Assembly: GCF_006345805.1 (NCBI RefSeq)
Contig: NC_043012.1
Location: 28,210,001-28,274,000 of the forward strand
DNA length: 64,000 nt
Direction of reading: 5' to 3'
Source of the DNA: Octopus sinensis
Lineage: Eukaryota
In this document: in pieces, positions 61,560 to 64,000 of the stretch
How the letters are laid out: every line of letters starts with the position of its first letter
How positions within the stretch are numbered: position 1 is the stretch's first letter
Program-made: the position numbers and the translations under genes
Notes under the pieces: model-generated
Databases searched by the model: none
Seen by the model: the letters and a program-made list of their open reading frames with translations, nothing else
What the model was told of the DNA's origin: nothing

Positions 61560-63720
61560 GTTTTGTTGGTGACAGATTTATATGTATTTAAAAATTTAAA
61601 TACAATATAAAAAAATCTAATGGAATTAACAATACAAAGACAATACAAATGAAGCGATGATCAGGCCACGCTCCGACCCCACAATCCCCGATCTACCGCT
61701 GGTACCTTTTTCTTCCTTTTTTTCCCCGTCTGTTCAAACGGTTCCTTGCACGCACAACACTCGTGCAACATGCTTCCATCTCTTTTGGAACGTACACTCT
61801 TCTCCAGCCACAGCTTCCTTTTAAAATGAAAAGAAAAAAAAATGATCGTAAATTGTGGCCATAGATAAAGTTGCCTGACTTAATTCCTTTTATCTTAGTC
61901 TTCCATACTGCCTCTTTTGCTATTGCTACAACCGTGAGAAAACAATTCTTACCTTCGTTCGTTAAAACTCCCGGTGGGTCAATTTTTATAATTGACTCAG
62001 TCGACAGCTGTACTCTTCCTTCGCCGGACAACAGGTGTTCAGCATAAGCCCACATTTCAGTTTTCTCCGTACACTAAACAATAGCGTGAGGGACGGTTTC
62101 CCACACACACCTTGGACAGGTCGGCGACTGACGCTTACCGTGTCTTGCGAGCTTATCCCAAACGGACAAGATACCTCTGCCGCATTGCCAGGTTAAGGAG
62201 TTTTGGAAGTTGTCCAACGTTCTCAACCCGAATGTACGGTGAAACAGGCTGTCCAGTTGAATAAATCCGAGACCTAGAGTCGCCCCCAAGCCATCGTCGC
62301 ATTCAGACTCTACCAACCTACTATATAAAATCCATGTGGACCCCCACCGCTGGCGTTGCCCGAGCGCCTGAATAGCAGGAGGGCCTTACGGCACTCTTTA
62401 CGCCACTCACTCGACCTCGGTCTACGAGAACCCCAGGCTTCCTGTCCGTAAAAAGTTTTGAACTCGGGGAACATTTGTCTGGCCAGCGGAGACCACACCC
62501 GTTCACTATCCAGGAGAATCCAAAGGTGCCTCGACCTCAACGCATGTCTGCGAATCGTTAAACAAGGCATCCCTAAACCTCCCTTTAAAAGCTTTCGTCA
62601 GCAGACAGAGCGTTTCACAATTGGCGACCTGCCCTTCTACATAAAGCGAAAGAGCTGTCTCTCCAACCTGATCAACCACGAATCCGGACAGGGTACGACG
62701 GTCACGCGGTAGGTAATGACCGATGCAATAAACACATTGGCCACCTCCGCCCTCCCCTTCAGGGATAGCCACCGCCAAGACCAGGTCTTGACTACTGCAG
62801 CCACCCTGCTCAATATCTCCGTCAAGTTCTTCTCTATCTGGAGGTCTGGTCCAAACCAAACTCCCAGCAACTTAACCAGTCCCTCCGTCCAGCGCCCAAC
62901 AACGCTTTCCGAAGGCATCGACTTGCCAATCCAGGTTAATCTTTGCTCCTGCCACCTCCTCGTAAGCCACAATAGTCTTACCCACTTCACGTTGGCGTGC
63001 TACTGAGGTTACGCTGATAGTGATATCATCCGCGTAAGCCGTAACAAACTCCTCTAGACCTGGTTCTCTCGGGATGCCACTCAACCTTCACAGAAGGGAC
63101 TCGAGAGCCATCACATACAAAAGTGGTGAGAGCGGACATCCTTGACGAACCGAGCGTTTGATGCAGAACGGCTTCGAAAGGAAACCGTTCACCCGAACTA
63201 TCGAGTCAATGTTGTGTTACAAAGCGATAAACCACCTGAGGAAGCCAAGGCCCAGGTCTAACCGCGCTATCACAGTCGCCAGGTATCGATGGTCAACCCT
63301 ATCAAAAGCTTTAGACTGGTCTAAATGTACCAATGCTCCACCTTTGCCAGATTTATTACCAACCCTCTCTATGGTATAGCGAATAAGATGGAGGATATCC
63401 TGAATGGTTCTGCCTGGGATGGCACATGTTTGTGCCTCCCCGACAATACCATTCGCGACGCGCCAACCTTTTTGTTAAGACCTTGGACAAAATCTTCACT
63501 TCTGCGTTTAACAGAGTGATGGGCCTGAAATTCTCTATAACGTCCCCCTTGTCCGGGTCCTTTCTGACCAACGTCACTACTCCCCGGCGCACAGATCTGA
63601 GGATAAACCAATTCTGTTGCCAGTTCGCATACACGTCAGCCAGTAGTTGCCCGAACAAGTCTGACATACATTTATACATCTCGTACGGAAGACCATCAAA
63701 TCCCGGCGACTTACCCGCTT
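61560..63720 (-). mobile_element. Degenerate 5'-truncated L1-Tx1-like LINE, copy 3
   Basis: SPGFDGRPYE, FRPITLLN, QGCPLSP, AYADD, VWFGPD, SPTCPRC, RVQLSTESIIKIDPP; homologous to copies 1 and 2 but more diverged. Confidence 0.88.
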
Positions 63721-64000
63721 TACAGTCTTCCTATTGGTGTTCGTAACTCTTGGTAATGTTGGAAACTTGCTTTCCGATAAATCAGAAACGTTGACAAAAA
63801 TTAAGCTTTCTATTTTCTTTGCTTCTCTTTGAGTTGATGATTTGTCCCCCGACGAAGAACACGAACTTTTCGGAATCTTGCCGACAATTAATGTTTTCCC
63901 CCACAGGGGAAAACCGCAGATAGCTTTCGAAAGAAAACTATACTACAATTTTTTCAACAATAAGTCCAACAATAGGCACAACAAGAGATATAACAATTAA

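Overview
Eukaryotic, repeat-saturated intronic/intergenic DNA, most likely octopus (inferred from the tRNA-derived SINE families and the microsatellite load). No host protein-coding gene, rRNA, tRNA or CRISPR array can be supported. The window holds three L1-Tx1-like LINEs (two in head-to-tail tandem), four CR1-group LINE pieces, RTE and R4/Dong-like LINEs, five Tc1/mariner-superfamily elements (Tc1 DD34E, irritans-like mariner, maT DD37D, a second mariner, rosa DD41D), a hAT element with an 8-bp TSD, many SINEs and long microsatellites. The most notable layer is a set of Penelope-like elements (PLEs). They form long fold-back inverted repeats (657-bp, 310-bp and about 110-bp arms, plus an older 200-bp pair). 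They also carry about ten recognisable type I hammerhead ribozyme motifs with palindromic helix III. One very young fold-back copy encloses an apparently intact GIY-YIG endonuclease domain. A CR1-group LINE shares its 3' stem-loop tail, with compensatory changes, with the dominant SINE, which suggests a SINE/LINE partnership. All alignments and folds were done by eye, so coordinates are approximate to a few bases.
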